Origin: an uncultured Collinsella sp.
Lineage (GTDB): Bacteria > Actinomycetota > Coriobacteriia > Coriobacteriales > Coriobacteriaceae
Direction of reading: 5' to 3'
Length of the DNA: 64,000 nucleotides
Assembly (NCBI GenBank): GCA_902491345.1
Contig: CABUHI010000004.1
Location: forward strand, 33,306-97,305
Shown: in pieces, positions 21,428 to 30,051 of the stretch
Layout of the letters: the number at the start of each line of letters is the position of its first letter
Position numbering within the stretch: position 1 is the first letter of the stretch
Made by a program: the position numbers and the translations under genes
Notes under the pieces: model-generated
Database searches by the model: none
What the model was told of the DNA's origin: nothing
The model's input: only the letters and a program-made list of their open reading frames with translations

Positions 21428-21575
21428 TTACAAGTAGATTCACGCGCGTCGGATGTTTCGCTGCATCCGACGCGCGTATAGGCGGCCTCCGCGGGGTCGC
21501 CGGCGCTGTGCTAGCGCTACACCGTATTTGCGCCCGCCGCGCGGTCTCGCCGGGCGTTACAGAGAGGAGCTCATT

Positions 21576-24575
21576 ATGAGCGACATCATGAGGCCGATCC
21601 CGTTTTCGCAGCTGATGAACTGGATCATCGAGGAGCACAAGGCCCAGGACGCCATCTTTGGCGTGCGTAAGATGGTCACGACCAACCAGGAGGGCGCGCT
21701 CCCCATTTTTGACGAGCGCATCGAGACTCCGTTTGGCCCGGCCGCCGGCCCCAACACGCAGCTGGCCCAGAACATCGTGGCATCCTACGTGGCCGGTTCT
21801 CGCTTCTTTGAGCTCAAGACCGTTCAGGTTATGGACGGCGAGGAGCTCTCCAAGTGTGTGAACAAGCCCTGCATCGTGGCGCAGGACGAGTGCTACAACT
21901 GCGAGTGGTCGACCGAGCTCGAGGTTCCGCAGGCTTTTGCCGAGTACGTGAAGGCATGGTTCGCCTGCCACCTGATCGCTCGCGAGTACGGCCTGGGCAG
22001 CCCGGACGGCTTTGTCTTCAACATGTCCGTGGGTTATGACCTGGAGGGCATCAAGAGCCCCAAGGTCGACGCCTACATCGAGGGCATGAAGGACGCCAGC
22101 GGCTCTGACGTCTGGAATGAGTGCCGCGCATGGGCGCTTGCCAACCTGGACAAGTTTGAGCATGTCGACGCCGCATTTGTCGAATCCATCCCGGCGCGCG
22201 TGTCCAACTCCATCACGGAGTCCACCCTGCACGGCTGCCCGCCGGCCGAGATCGAGCGCATCGCGACCTACCTCATCACCGAGAAGGGCCTCAACACCTA
22301 CATCAAGTGCAACCCCACGCTGCTGGGCTATGAGTTTGCCCGCCAGCGTCTGAACGAGCTGGGCTTTGACTACATCGTCTTCGATGACACGCACTTCCGT
22401 GAGGACCTGCAGTGGGCCGATGCCGTGCCTATGTTCGAGCGCCTGATTGCCCTGTGCGCCGAGCGCGGCCTGGAGTTTGGCGTCAAGCTGACCAACACGT
22501 TCCCCGTCGACGTGACCAGGGACGAGCTGCCTTCCACCGAGATGTACATGTCCGGCCGTTCGCTGTTCTCGCTAACCATCGAGGCCGCCCGTCGCATTAC
22601 CGAGCAGTTCGATGGCAAGCTGCGCATCAGCTACTCCGGCGGTGCCACGGTCTACAACATCCGCGCCCTGTACGATGCCGGCATTTGGCCCGTCACCCTA
22701 GCGACCGACGTGCTCAAGCCCGGTGGCTACGAGCGCTTTAGCCAGATGGCCGGCGAGTTTACCGACCTGGATGGTAAGCCGTTCGCGGGCGTCTCTCTCG
22801 AGGCTGTGACTGCGATCCAGACCGACTCATTCACCAACCCGCTCTACAAGAAGCCGCTGCGTCCGCTGCCCGACCGCAAGGTCGCCGGCAAGAGCCCTCT
22901 TTCCGATTGCTTTACCACGCCGTGCCGCACGAGCTGCCCCATCCAGCAGGATATTCCTGCCTATCTGGCGGCTGTTGACGAGGGCCGCTACGAGGACGCA
23001 CTCAACATCATCATCGAGCGCAACGCCCTTCCGTTCATTACCGGCACCATCTGCCCGCATCCCTGCGGCCGTGCCTGCGAGCGTGCGTTCTACGAGCCCG
23101 AGGGCGCCCAGATTCGCGCCAGCAAGCTCAAGGCCGCCCGCGAGGCCATGACCGCCGTGCTGCCCAAGCTGCGTGCCCAGGCCATCGCAAACGACGGCGA
23201 GCGCAACGTTGCCGTTATCGGCGGCGGCCCGGCCGGCCTGGCGACGGCGTTCTTCCTGACGCGTGCCGGCGTGCCCGTCACCATCTTTGAGGCCCGCGAT
23301 TCGCTCGGTGGCGTGGTCCGTCACGTGATTCCCGAGTTCCGCATCGCGAGCGACGATATCTCCCACGATGCTGAGCTCTGCCTAGCCTTTGGCGCCAAGG
23401 TGCAGCTCAACGCCCGCGTGGAGTCCATCGACGAGCTCAAGGCCCAGGGCTTTACCGACGTGGTCGTGGCCACCGGTGCCTGGATGCCCGGCTCTGCGGG
23501 CCTGGGCGAGGGTGCCGAGCTCGATGTGTTGGAGTTCCTCGAGGCCGCCAAGAAGGGCGAGAAGCTCGAGCTGGGCGAGGACGTCGTGGTCATTGGCGCC
23601 GGCAACACCGCCATGGACGCGGCCCGCGTGGCCAAGCGCCTTGCCGGCGTGAAGAACGTGCGCCTGGTGTATCGCCGCACCAAGAAGCAGATGCCCGCCG
23701 ACGAGGAAGAGCTCGATCTTGCTCTTGCCGACGGCGTTGAGTTCTGCGAGCTGCTGGGGCCCAAGGCACTCAACGGCTCCGTGCTGACCTGCGACGTTAT
23801 GGAGCTTGGCGAGCCGGATGCAAGCGGCCGTCGTAGCCCCGTCGCCACGGGCGAGACCGTCGAGCTTCCCGCCACCACGGTGATCTGTGCCGTGGGCGAG
23901 GGCATCGATGCCAGCCTGTACGACGCCGCGGGTGTTGAGCACGACCGTCGCGGCCGCCTTGCCGCCACCTCCACCGGCGTCGAGGGCGTCTGGGCTGCCG
24001 GTGACTGCCGCCGCGGTCCCGCCACCGTGGTCGAGGCCATCGCCGATGCCGCCGAGGTTGCCCGTGCCATCGCCGGCGTGGACTTTAACAAGTACGCCGA
24101 CCAGAATGCTCAGGCCGGTCGCGAGGACGCCTGCTACGAGCGCAAGGGGTCGCTGTGCCGCGACAAGCGCAACTGCACCAAGACCAGCTGCCTGGGCTGC
24201 GGCTCGGTGTGCGAGGTCTGCTGCGACGTGTGCCCCAACCGCGCCAACGTTGCCATCAAGGTGCCGGGCCTGGCCAAGCATCAGGTCGTCCATGTCGACG
24301 GCATGTGCAACGAGTGCGGCAACTGCGCCGTGTTCTGCCCCTACCAGGAGGGTCGTCCCTACAAGGACAAGCTCACCCTGTTCTGGAGCGAGCAGGACAT
24401 GGAGAACTCCGAGAACGAGGGCTTTCTGGCCGTGGACGAGGACCACTTTAAGGTCCGCGTCGCCGGCACGGTCCGCACCGTCTCGGTCGATGCCGTCAAC
24501 ACCGGTCTTCCCGAGGCCGTCCGCCTGACCATCAGGGCCGTGCGCGACAACTATTCGTACCTTCTTAAGAAATAG
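21576..24575 (+). CDS. ygfK: YgfK Fe-S flavoprotein oxidoreductase
   Basis: GPAAGPNTQLAQNI, GVKLTNT, GGGPAG, GAGNTAMD, CVEVCPNRAN-like and CNECGNC Fe-S motifs; ATG after GAGGAG. Confidence 0.95.
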   Translation: MSDIMRPIPFSQLMNWIIEEHKAQDAIFGVRKMVTTNQEGALPIFDERIETPFGPAAGPNTQLAQNIVASYVAGSRFFELKTVQVMDGEELSKCVNKPCIVAQDECYNCEWSTELEVPQAFAEYVKAWFACHLIAREYGLGSPDGFVFNMSVGYDLEGIKSPKVDAYIEGMKDASGSDVWNECRAWALANLDKFEHVDAAFVESIPARVSNSITESTLHGCPPAEIERIATYLITEKGLNTYIKCNPTLLGYEFARQRLNELGFDYIVFDDTHFREDLQWADAVPMFERLIALCAERGLEFGVKLTNTFPVDVTRDELPSTEMYMSGRSLFSLTIEAARRITEQFDGKLRISYSGGATVYNIRALYDAGIWPVTLATDVLKPGGYERFSQMAGEFTDLDGKPFAGVSLEAVTAIQTDSFTNPLYKKPLRPLPDRKVAGKSPLSDCFTTPCRTSCPIQQDIPAYLAAVDEGRYEDALNIIIERNALPFITGTICPHPCGRACERAFYEPEGAQIRASKLKAAREAMTAVLPKLRAQAIANDGERNVAVIGGGPAGLATAFFLTRAGVPVTIFEARDSLGGVVRHVIPEFRIASDDISHDAELCLAFGAKVQLNARVESIDELKAQGFTDVVVATGAWMPGSAGLGEGAELDVLEFLEAAKKGEKLELGEDVVVIGAGNTAMDAARVAKRLAGVKNVRLVYRRTKKQMPADEEELDLALADGVEFCELLGPKALNGSVLTCDVMELGEPDASGRRSPVATGETVELPATTVICAVGEGIDASLYDAAGVEHDRRGRLAATSTGVEGVWAAGDCRRGPATVVEAIADAAEVARAIAGVDFNKYADQNAQAGREDACYERKGSLCRDKRNCTKTSCLGCGSVCEVCCDVCPNRANVAIKVPGLAKHQVVHVDGMCNECGNCAVFCPYQEGRPYKDKLTLFWSEQDMENSENEGFLAVDEDHFKVRVAGTVRTVSVDAVNTGLPEAVRLTIRAVRDNYSYLLKK

Positions 24576-24586
24576 GCGAGTCTCTT

Positions 24587-25066
24587 ATGGCCAAATCCAT
24601 TCAACATAACGTGGCCTACGTTGCCTGCGGAAGCGGTTGTGCCTCCGCAGGCGGCGACGCCCGCTGCAACGAAGGCTGCATTGGCTGTGGCGCCTGCGTC
24701 ACGGCCTGCCCCCACGGCGCCATTGCGCTGGTCGATGGCATCGCCCGCGTGGATCGCTCAAAGTGCACGGGTTGTGGCCTGTGCGGCATGGCGTGCCCGC
24801 AGCGCGTGATCGCCTTCGTTCCTGGCTACCAGAATATCCTGGTGCGCTGCAACAACACCGATAAGGGCGCCATCGCCCGCAAGATCTGCGACACGAGCTG
24901 CATCGGTTGCGGTATGTGCGCCAAAAAGTGCCCTGCCGGCGCTATCCGCATCGAGGACAACTGCGCCCATATCGACGGCGCCGACTGCCTGTCGTGTGGT
25001 ATGTGCGCCGTCGTGTGCCCGCATGGCGCCATCCACGACCGCACCGGCATCGCCGCCGGCGTGTAG
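24587..25066 (+). CDS. Multi-[4Fe-4S] ferredoxin (RnfB C-terminal-like)
   Basis: Four CxxCxxCxxxCP motifs. Confidence 0.88.
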   Translation: MAKSIQHNVAYVACGSGCASAGGDARCNEGCIGCGACVTACPHGAIALVDGIARVDRSKCTGCGLCGMACPQRVIAFVPGYQNILVRCNNTDKGAIARKICDTSCIGCGMCAKKCPAGAIRIEDNCAHIDGADCLSCGMCAVVCPHGAIHDRTGIAAGV

Positions 25067-25078
25067 AGGGGAATCACC

Positions 25079-27856
25079 ATGGCACAGGAATTCACTTTTA
25101 CCGTTAACGGCGTCGAGCGCACGACGACCCAAAACAAACCGTTGCTGCGTTTTCTGCGCGACGACCTGCACATTCACTCCGCCAAGGACGGCTGCTCCGA
25201 GGGCGCCTGCGGTACCTGCACCATCCGCGTGGACGGTGCGGCCGTCAAGGCGTGCGTGCTGACCACCGCTCTTGCCGCCGGCCGCAACATCGTGACCGTC
25301 GAGGGCCTGCCCCAGGACGTGCGCGAGGCCTTTGTGTACGCCTTTGGCGCCGTGGGCGCCGTGCAGTGCGGTTTTTGCATCCCCGGCATGGTCATGGCGG
25401 GTGCAGCGCTCATCGCCGAGGATCCCGAGCCCACCGAGGAGCAGATCAAGTACGCCATCCGCGGCAACGTCTGCCGTTGCACTGGCTACAAAAAGATCAT
25501 CGAGGGCATTTCGCTGGCGGCCGCGGTGCTCCGCGGCGAAAAGCAGATCGACGAGGACTTGGAGCGCGGCGACGACTACGGCGTGGGCAAGCGCGCCTTC
25601 CGTATCGACGTGCGCAAGAAGGTGCTCGGCGAGGGTAAGTACCCCGACGACATCGACGAACTCGATCAGCCGGGCCTGACCTATGCCAGCGCCGTGCGCT
25701 CCAAGTACCCGCGCGCCCGCGTGCTCTCCATCGATACCTCCAAGGCCGAGGCCCTGCCCGGCGTGGTGGGCATTCTGCGCGCCGAGGACGTGCCAGTCAA
25801 CCAGGTCGGTCACCTTATCCAGGACTGGGACGTCATGATCGCCCAGGGCGATATCACCCGCTGCGTGGGTGACGCCATCGTGCTGGTGGTTGCCGAGGAC
25901 GAGGCGACGCTCGAGAAGGCCAAGAAGCTCGTAAAGATCGATTACGAGCCGCTGGAGCCCGTGCGCAACATCGCCGAGGCCAAGGCCACCGACGCCCCAC
26001 GCCTGCACGACAGCTTCTTTGCCTTTGGCAACACGGTGGAGCTCAAGGACAATGTATGCCAGAGCCGTCACGTGACGCGTGGCGACGCCGCCAAGGCACT
26101 GGCGGAGAGCGCGTTCACCGTGACGCAGCGCTTTACCACGCCCTTTACCGAGCATGCCTTCTTGGAGCCCGAGTGCGCCGTCGCCTTCCCGTACAAGAAC
26201 GGCGTCAAGGTGCAGTCGACCGATCAAGGTGCCTACGATACGCGCAAAGAGTGTGCCCACATGTTTGGCTGGGACAACGAGCCCGAGCGCGTGGTCGTCG
26301 AGACCATGCTCGTGGGCGGCGGCTTTGGCGGTAAAGAGGACGTGTCCATCCAGCATCTGGCCGCGCTCGCCGCATATAAGTTTCAGCGTCCTGTGAAGTG
26401 CAAGCTCACGCGTACCGAGTCGCTCGCTTTCCATCCCAAGCGCCATGCCATGGACGGCACCTTTACGCTGGGTTGCGACGCCGAGGGCAACTTTACCGGC
26501 CTGGACTGCGAGATCAACTTCGATACCGGCGCCTACGCTTCGCTGTGCGGCCCGGTGCTCGAGCGCGCCTGCACGCATGCCGTCGGCCCCTACAAGTACC
26601 AGAACACCGACATTCGCGGTTTTGGCTACTACACCAACAATCCGCCCGCCGGTGCGTACCGTGGCTTTGGCGTCTGCCAGTCCGAGTTTGCGCTCGAGAG
26701 CTTGATTGACCTGCTGGCAGAGAAGGTCGGCCTGGATCCGTGGGAGATTCGCTACCGCAACGCCATCGAGCCGGGCGAGGTTTTGCCCAACGGCCAGATT
26801 GCCGACTGCTCCACGGCGCTGAAGGAGACGCTGCTCGAGGTCAAGGATGCCTACTATGCGCATCCCGGACATGCCGGTATCGCCTGCGCCATGAAGAACG
26901 CCGGCGTGGGCGTTGGCCTGCCCGATGCCGGCCGCTGCAAGATTCGCATCGAGGACGGCGTGGCTGTGGTCTATGCCGCCACGTCCGACATCGGCCAGGG
27001 CTGCAACACCGTCTTTTTGCAGGACGTTGCCGAGGCCTGCGGTCTGCCGCTGAGCTGCATTGCCAACGGCGAGTGCTCCACCGAGAACGCTCCCGACTCC
27101 GGCACCACGTCTGGCTCGCGTCAGACGGTCGTGACCGGCGAGGCCGTGCGCGGTGCCGCCTTCCTGCTGCGCGATGCCATGCTTGACATCGAGGCTGGCA
27201 AGCCTGCGCCCGATACTCCCGTGAGCGCGCACGGCGACGGCGTCAAGATCGAGTACGACGACGGTCGCGCCTATCAGCTGCACACACAGGAACTCGTCGC
27301 CGGCCAGGGTATGCATCCTCAAGATCCCGCTGCCGCCATCAAGGCGCTCGAGGGCTGCGAGTTTGGGTACGTGTACCTGGAGCCGACCGACAAGCTGGGC
27401 GCCGACGTTCCCAACCCCAAGAGCCACATCTGCTACGGCTTTGCCACGCATGTGGTCATTTTGGACGACGACGGCCGCGTGAGCGAGGTCTATGCTGCGC
27501 ACGATTCCGGCAAGGTGGTCAACCCCATCTCCATTCAGGGTCAGATCGAAGGCGGCGTGCTTATGGGTATGGGCTATGCGCTTACCGAGGACTGGCCGCT
27601 CAAGGACTGCGTGCCCCAGGCAAGGTACGGCACGCTCGGGCTGTTCCGCGCGCCCGAGATTCCGGATATCCACGCCATCTACGTGGAGAAGGACGAGCTG
27701 CTGCCTGTGGCATACGGCGGCAAGGGCATCGGCGAGATCGCAACGATCCCCACGGCGCCCGCCGTGCAGAACGCCTATCGCGCATTCGACGGCAAGCTGC
27801 GTCCGGATCTGCCCATGGTGGATACGCCGTACAGCCGCGCCCGTCACCGCGGGTAG
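25079..27856 (+). CDS. xdh: Selenium-dependent xanthine dehydrogenase-type molybdenum hydroxylase (fused 2Fe-2S + Mo domains)
   Basis: GCSEGACGTC, QCGFCIPG, CRCTGY, GGGFGGKE, AYRGFG, GQIEGG, KGIGE. Confidence 0.93.
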   Translation: MAQEFTFTVNGVERTTTQNKPLLRFLRDDLHIHSAKDGCSEGACGTCTIRVDGAAVKACVLTTALAAGRNIVTVEGLPQDVREAFVYAFGAVGAVQCGFCIPGMVMAGAALIAEDPEPTEEQIKYAIRGNVCRCTGYKKIIEGISLAAAVLRGEKQIDEDLERGDDYGVGKRAFRIDVRKKVLGEGKYPDDIDELDQPGLTYASAVRSKYPRARVLSIDTSKAEALPGVVGILRAEDVPVNQVGHLIQDWDVMIAQGDITRCVGDAIVLVVAEDEATLEKAKKLVKIDYEPLEPVRNIAEAKATDAPRLHDSFFAFGNTVELKDNVCQSRHVTRGDAAKALAESAFTVTQRFTTPFTEHAFLEPECAVAFPYKNGVKVQSTDQGAYDTRKECAHMFGWDNEPERVVVETMLVGGGFGGKEDVSIQHLAALAAYKFQRPVKCKLTRTESLAFHPKRHAMDGTFTLGCDAEGNFTGLDCEINFDTGAYASLCGPVLERACTHAVGPYKYQNTDIRGFGYYTNNPPAGAYRGFGVCQSEFALESLIDLLAEKVGLDPWEIRYRNAIEPGEVLPNGQIADCSTALKETLLEVKDAYYAHPGHAGIACAMKNAGVGVGLPDAGRCKIRIEDGVAVVYAATSDIGQGCNTVFLQDVAEACGLPLSCIANGECSTENAPDSGTTSGSRQTVVTGEAVRGAAFLLRDAMLDIEAGKPAPDTPVSAHGDGVKIEYDDGRAYQLHTQELVAGQGMHPQDPAAAIKALEGCEFGYVYLEPTDKLGADVPNPKSHICYGFATHVVILDDDGRVSEVYAAHDSGKVVNPISIQGQIEGGVLMGMGYALTEDWPLKDCVPQARYGTLGLFRAPEIPDIHAIYVEKDELLPVAYGGKGIGEIATIPTAPAVQNAYRAFDGKLRPDLPMVDTPYSRARHRG

Positions 27857-27924
27857 GGTAGAGCGCGGACGGTCATTACTGACGGGCTGTTCGCGCACAA
27901 CACCAACTGTATATGCTGCACCTT

Positions 27925-27961
27925 TGGCCCCAGCTCCATCGCGAGCCGGGGCCTTTTGTTT
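27925..27961 (+). terminator. Terminator after xdh
   Basis: GGCCCCAGCTC...GAGCCGGGGCC followed by TTTTGTTT. Confidence 0.75.
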
Positions 27962-27977
27962 GGAGCGCCTCCGCATA

Positions 27978-28430
27978 CGGAAACTGCGTCCCAGATTTCG
28001 GCTCCAGAATGGGACGTGCTTTCCGGATCGGCCCTCAAGCGGAAACTGCATCCCGGAATCCGCGCCTGGAATGGGACACACTTTCCGGAACAGCCCTCAA
28101 CCGGAAACTGCGTCCCAGAATTTCGCTTCAGAGTGGGATGCCGTTTCCGGCTGAACCCTCTGGCGGAAAGTTCATCCCAGAATTGACGCTCGGAGTGGGA
28201 CACGGTTTCCGGATGGAACCTCAGCGGAAACTGCGCTCCAGCTTGAGCGTCTATTCCGGGATGCGCTTTCCGCTGGGCGGGGACTGCGGAAAGCGTGTCC
28301 CGTTCTAGACCTTGATTCTGGGACACGGTTTCCGCTAGGCATGCCATCTGGAAAGCGCATCCCGTTTTGAGCACTCAATCTGGGACATGGTTTCCGCGGG
28401 TGCTGCCAACCGGAAGGTGTGTCCCAGTTT
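27978..28430. repeat. Array A of 62-bp palindromic repeats (8 units, last partial)
   Basis: CGGAAA-N5-TCCC-N18-GGGA-N5-TTTCCG plus 13-14 nt linker; unit starts 27978, 28040, 28102, 28164, 28225, 28287, 28349, 28411. Confidence 0.93.
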
Positions 28431-28461
28431 GGTGGGCAGGCGGGCATAAGCTCAGCAGCCC

Positions 28462-29460
28462 CTACAGTTCAATATCGTTGAGCCATGTCGGTAGAGCGGT
28501 CTGCCGGATGCCTGCCGTCTGCAGCTTTTTGGCGAGCATTCCTGCCGAGCGGACCTCGTTCATGGTAAAGCGCAGCAGAGGGTGGCCGTAGAGCGATAGG
28601 TGCGCCTCGCGCTGTCGTTCGGCGACGAGCGCCTCGGCGGTGGTGCGTCCGGCCAGCATGGTCTGGTCGGTATATTTGATGAGCCCGTCGAGCTCGCCCA
28701 GCGTGAGTTCCCGCGCCTGGCGCTCCGAGGCAAAGTCCGTTCGTATGCGCTTGGCCGAATCGAAGGGGTCCGTCAGCTCGTATTGAAGCCAGTCGGGCGC
28801 AAAGCCCGTCTCGATCATGACGGCTCGGGCGACCGATTCCCCGCCGCTCTCGGCGCGGGCGTCGGCATATCGAAGCGTTGTGAGGGCGGTGCGAATCGCG
28901 CGACCATTGCGGGCAGTCGCTCGTTGCTCAACGGCCTTCATCAGCTGTTCCGGCGCAAGGCCGAGCTTTGAGATCGCCGAATCGGCAATGGGCATGCCGT
29001 TGGCAAAACCAGTTTGCAGCAGGCAATCTGTGACCGTTTGGATGGGCGGCGTTACCGATATGCCGGATAGAAGGATTGCTCCGGCCGGCTCGATCTGATG
29101 CCGCTGAATATGCGCGCCCGGACGAGCCGACGGCTTGGTGGCACTGCAGACATGCACGACATTCAAGTGTCGCCACGAGACCTCGAGCTCCAGCAGACAG
29201 GCGGCCGAAAACGAGCAGAACGTCCAATCGGGGTGGATGATCGCAAGGGCGCGGAGGATTTCGCAATGGCGTTGCGCTCGGTTGAGTTCATCCCAGCGCG
29301 TTTTTCGCGCAAACAACCCCGGCATGGGCGAGACAACCGTGCCGCCGGTGCGCCGAAGGAGCGCTTTTCGGATCGCCGTGCTCGGGGGAATCAGACAGCG
29401 CCCCTCTTGTTCGGCTTGAGTGAGCAGTTGGTCGATGAGTTGGTCATTGCAATGCGCCAT
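28462..29460 (-). CDS. Actinobacterial AbiEi-like N-domain + PD-(D/E)XK/Vsr(DUF559)-like C-domain protein
   Basis: FCSFSAACLL, VTPPIQTVTDC, AESGGESVAR, RTDF, GELDGLIKY, ERQREAHL..G..LLRF motifs. Confidence 0.7.
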   Translation of the reverse strand: MAHCNDQLIDQLLTQAEQEGRCLIPPSTAIRKALLRRTGGTVVSPMPGLFARKTRWDELNRAQRHCEILRALAIIHPDWTFCSFSAACLLELEVSWRHLNVVHVCSATKPSARPGAHIQRHQIEPAGAILLSGISVTPPIQTVTDCLLQTGFANGMPIADSAISKLGLAPEQLMKAVEQRATARNGRAIRTALTTLRYADARAESGGESVARAVMIETGFAPDWLQYELTDPFDSAKRIRTDFASERQARELTLGELDGLIKYTDQTMLAGRTTAEALVAERQREAHLSLYGHPLLRFTMNEVRSAGMLAKKLQTAGIRQTALPTWLNDIEL

Positions 29461-29757
29461 GAGCTACCGCCTCCTTTTTGGGGTGGCAAAAACGTATCAG
29501 CCGGAACTTGCCGCTCAACTGACCAAAAGCTGACCAAAATCTAACCATGCAGGTAGATGGCCTGTTTTCGGCGACATTTTTACATCCGAATCGGTGGGCG
29601 GTAATCGGCGACCTTGAACGGTAGCGAGTTATGAAGACTGGGTAAGTTTCGGGACGTGTACTTTTTTGAAAAAGAGCATTCTATCTGCTGTTTTGTGTTT
29701 CTGGATTGCATGTTTGAAGGTATGTGATAGGGGCGGCGGATCGTCGTCTTGTATCTG

Positions 29758-29928
29758 CGGAAACTGCGTCCCGGATTCGACGCTCAGAATGGGATGCATT
29801 TTCCGGTAGAAGCTTCAGCGGAAAGTGCATCCCAGAATTCAGGCTCAGAACGGGACGCGCTTTCCGGATGGCATGCTTGGCGGAAACTACGGCTCAGTTT
29901 TTGGCTTCAGAACGGGATGCATTTTCCG
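29758..29928. repeat. Array B of the same 62-bp palindromic repeat (3 units)
   Basis: Unit starts 29758, 29819, 29881; same CGGAAA..TCCC..GGGA..TTTCCG scaffold. Confidence 0.92.
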
Positions 29929-29981
29929 GAACGGTCCACGTGCGGTGGTGTACCGCCCCTTTTCGTGCTCCGCTTGTCGAA

Positions 29982-30037
29982 TTACGTTATAGCTAGCCAT
30001 ATTATAGGAAGGTATAATATAGCTAGCTATAACGTAA
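29982..30037 (+). promoter_or_regulatory. 25-bp inverted repeat containing TATAAT, just upstream of the ATPase gene
   Basis: TTACGTTATAGCTAGCCATATTATA-ggaagg-TATAATATAGCTAGCTATAACGTAA (one mismatch). Confidence 0.7.
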
Positions 30038-30051
30038 AGGAAGGATGGCCT

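Noticed and set aside
24758..28081. 1107-aa minus-strand ORF (also 18995-21262, 55103-57088, 11037-12614, 53576-55099)
   Set aside because: Antisense shadows of well-supported high-GC genes, with no recognisable motifs.
27844..28447. Several ORFs with repeated ETASQ/EWDA-like peptides
   Set aside because: These are translations of the repeat array. The 62-bp period is not a multiple of 3 and similar peptides appear in several frames on both strands.
4865..29560. Recurring intergenic ACCTGC/GCAGGT motif (near 4867, 18211, 18310, 29549)
   Set aside because: Too short to separate from chance without genome-wide statistics.
27978..29928. CRISPR array interpretation of the 62-bp repeats
   Set aside because: Repeats are degenerate, variable segments are only 13-18 nt and partly related to each other, orientation flips mid-array, and no cas gene is present.
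29749..30051. 101-aa N-terminal extension of the ATPase ORF
   Set aside because: It reads through array B and the promoter palindrome; the family-typical start MFIGR is at 30052 with a purine-rich RBS.
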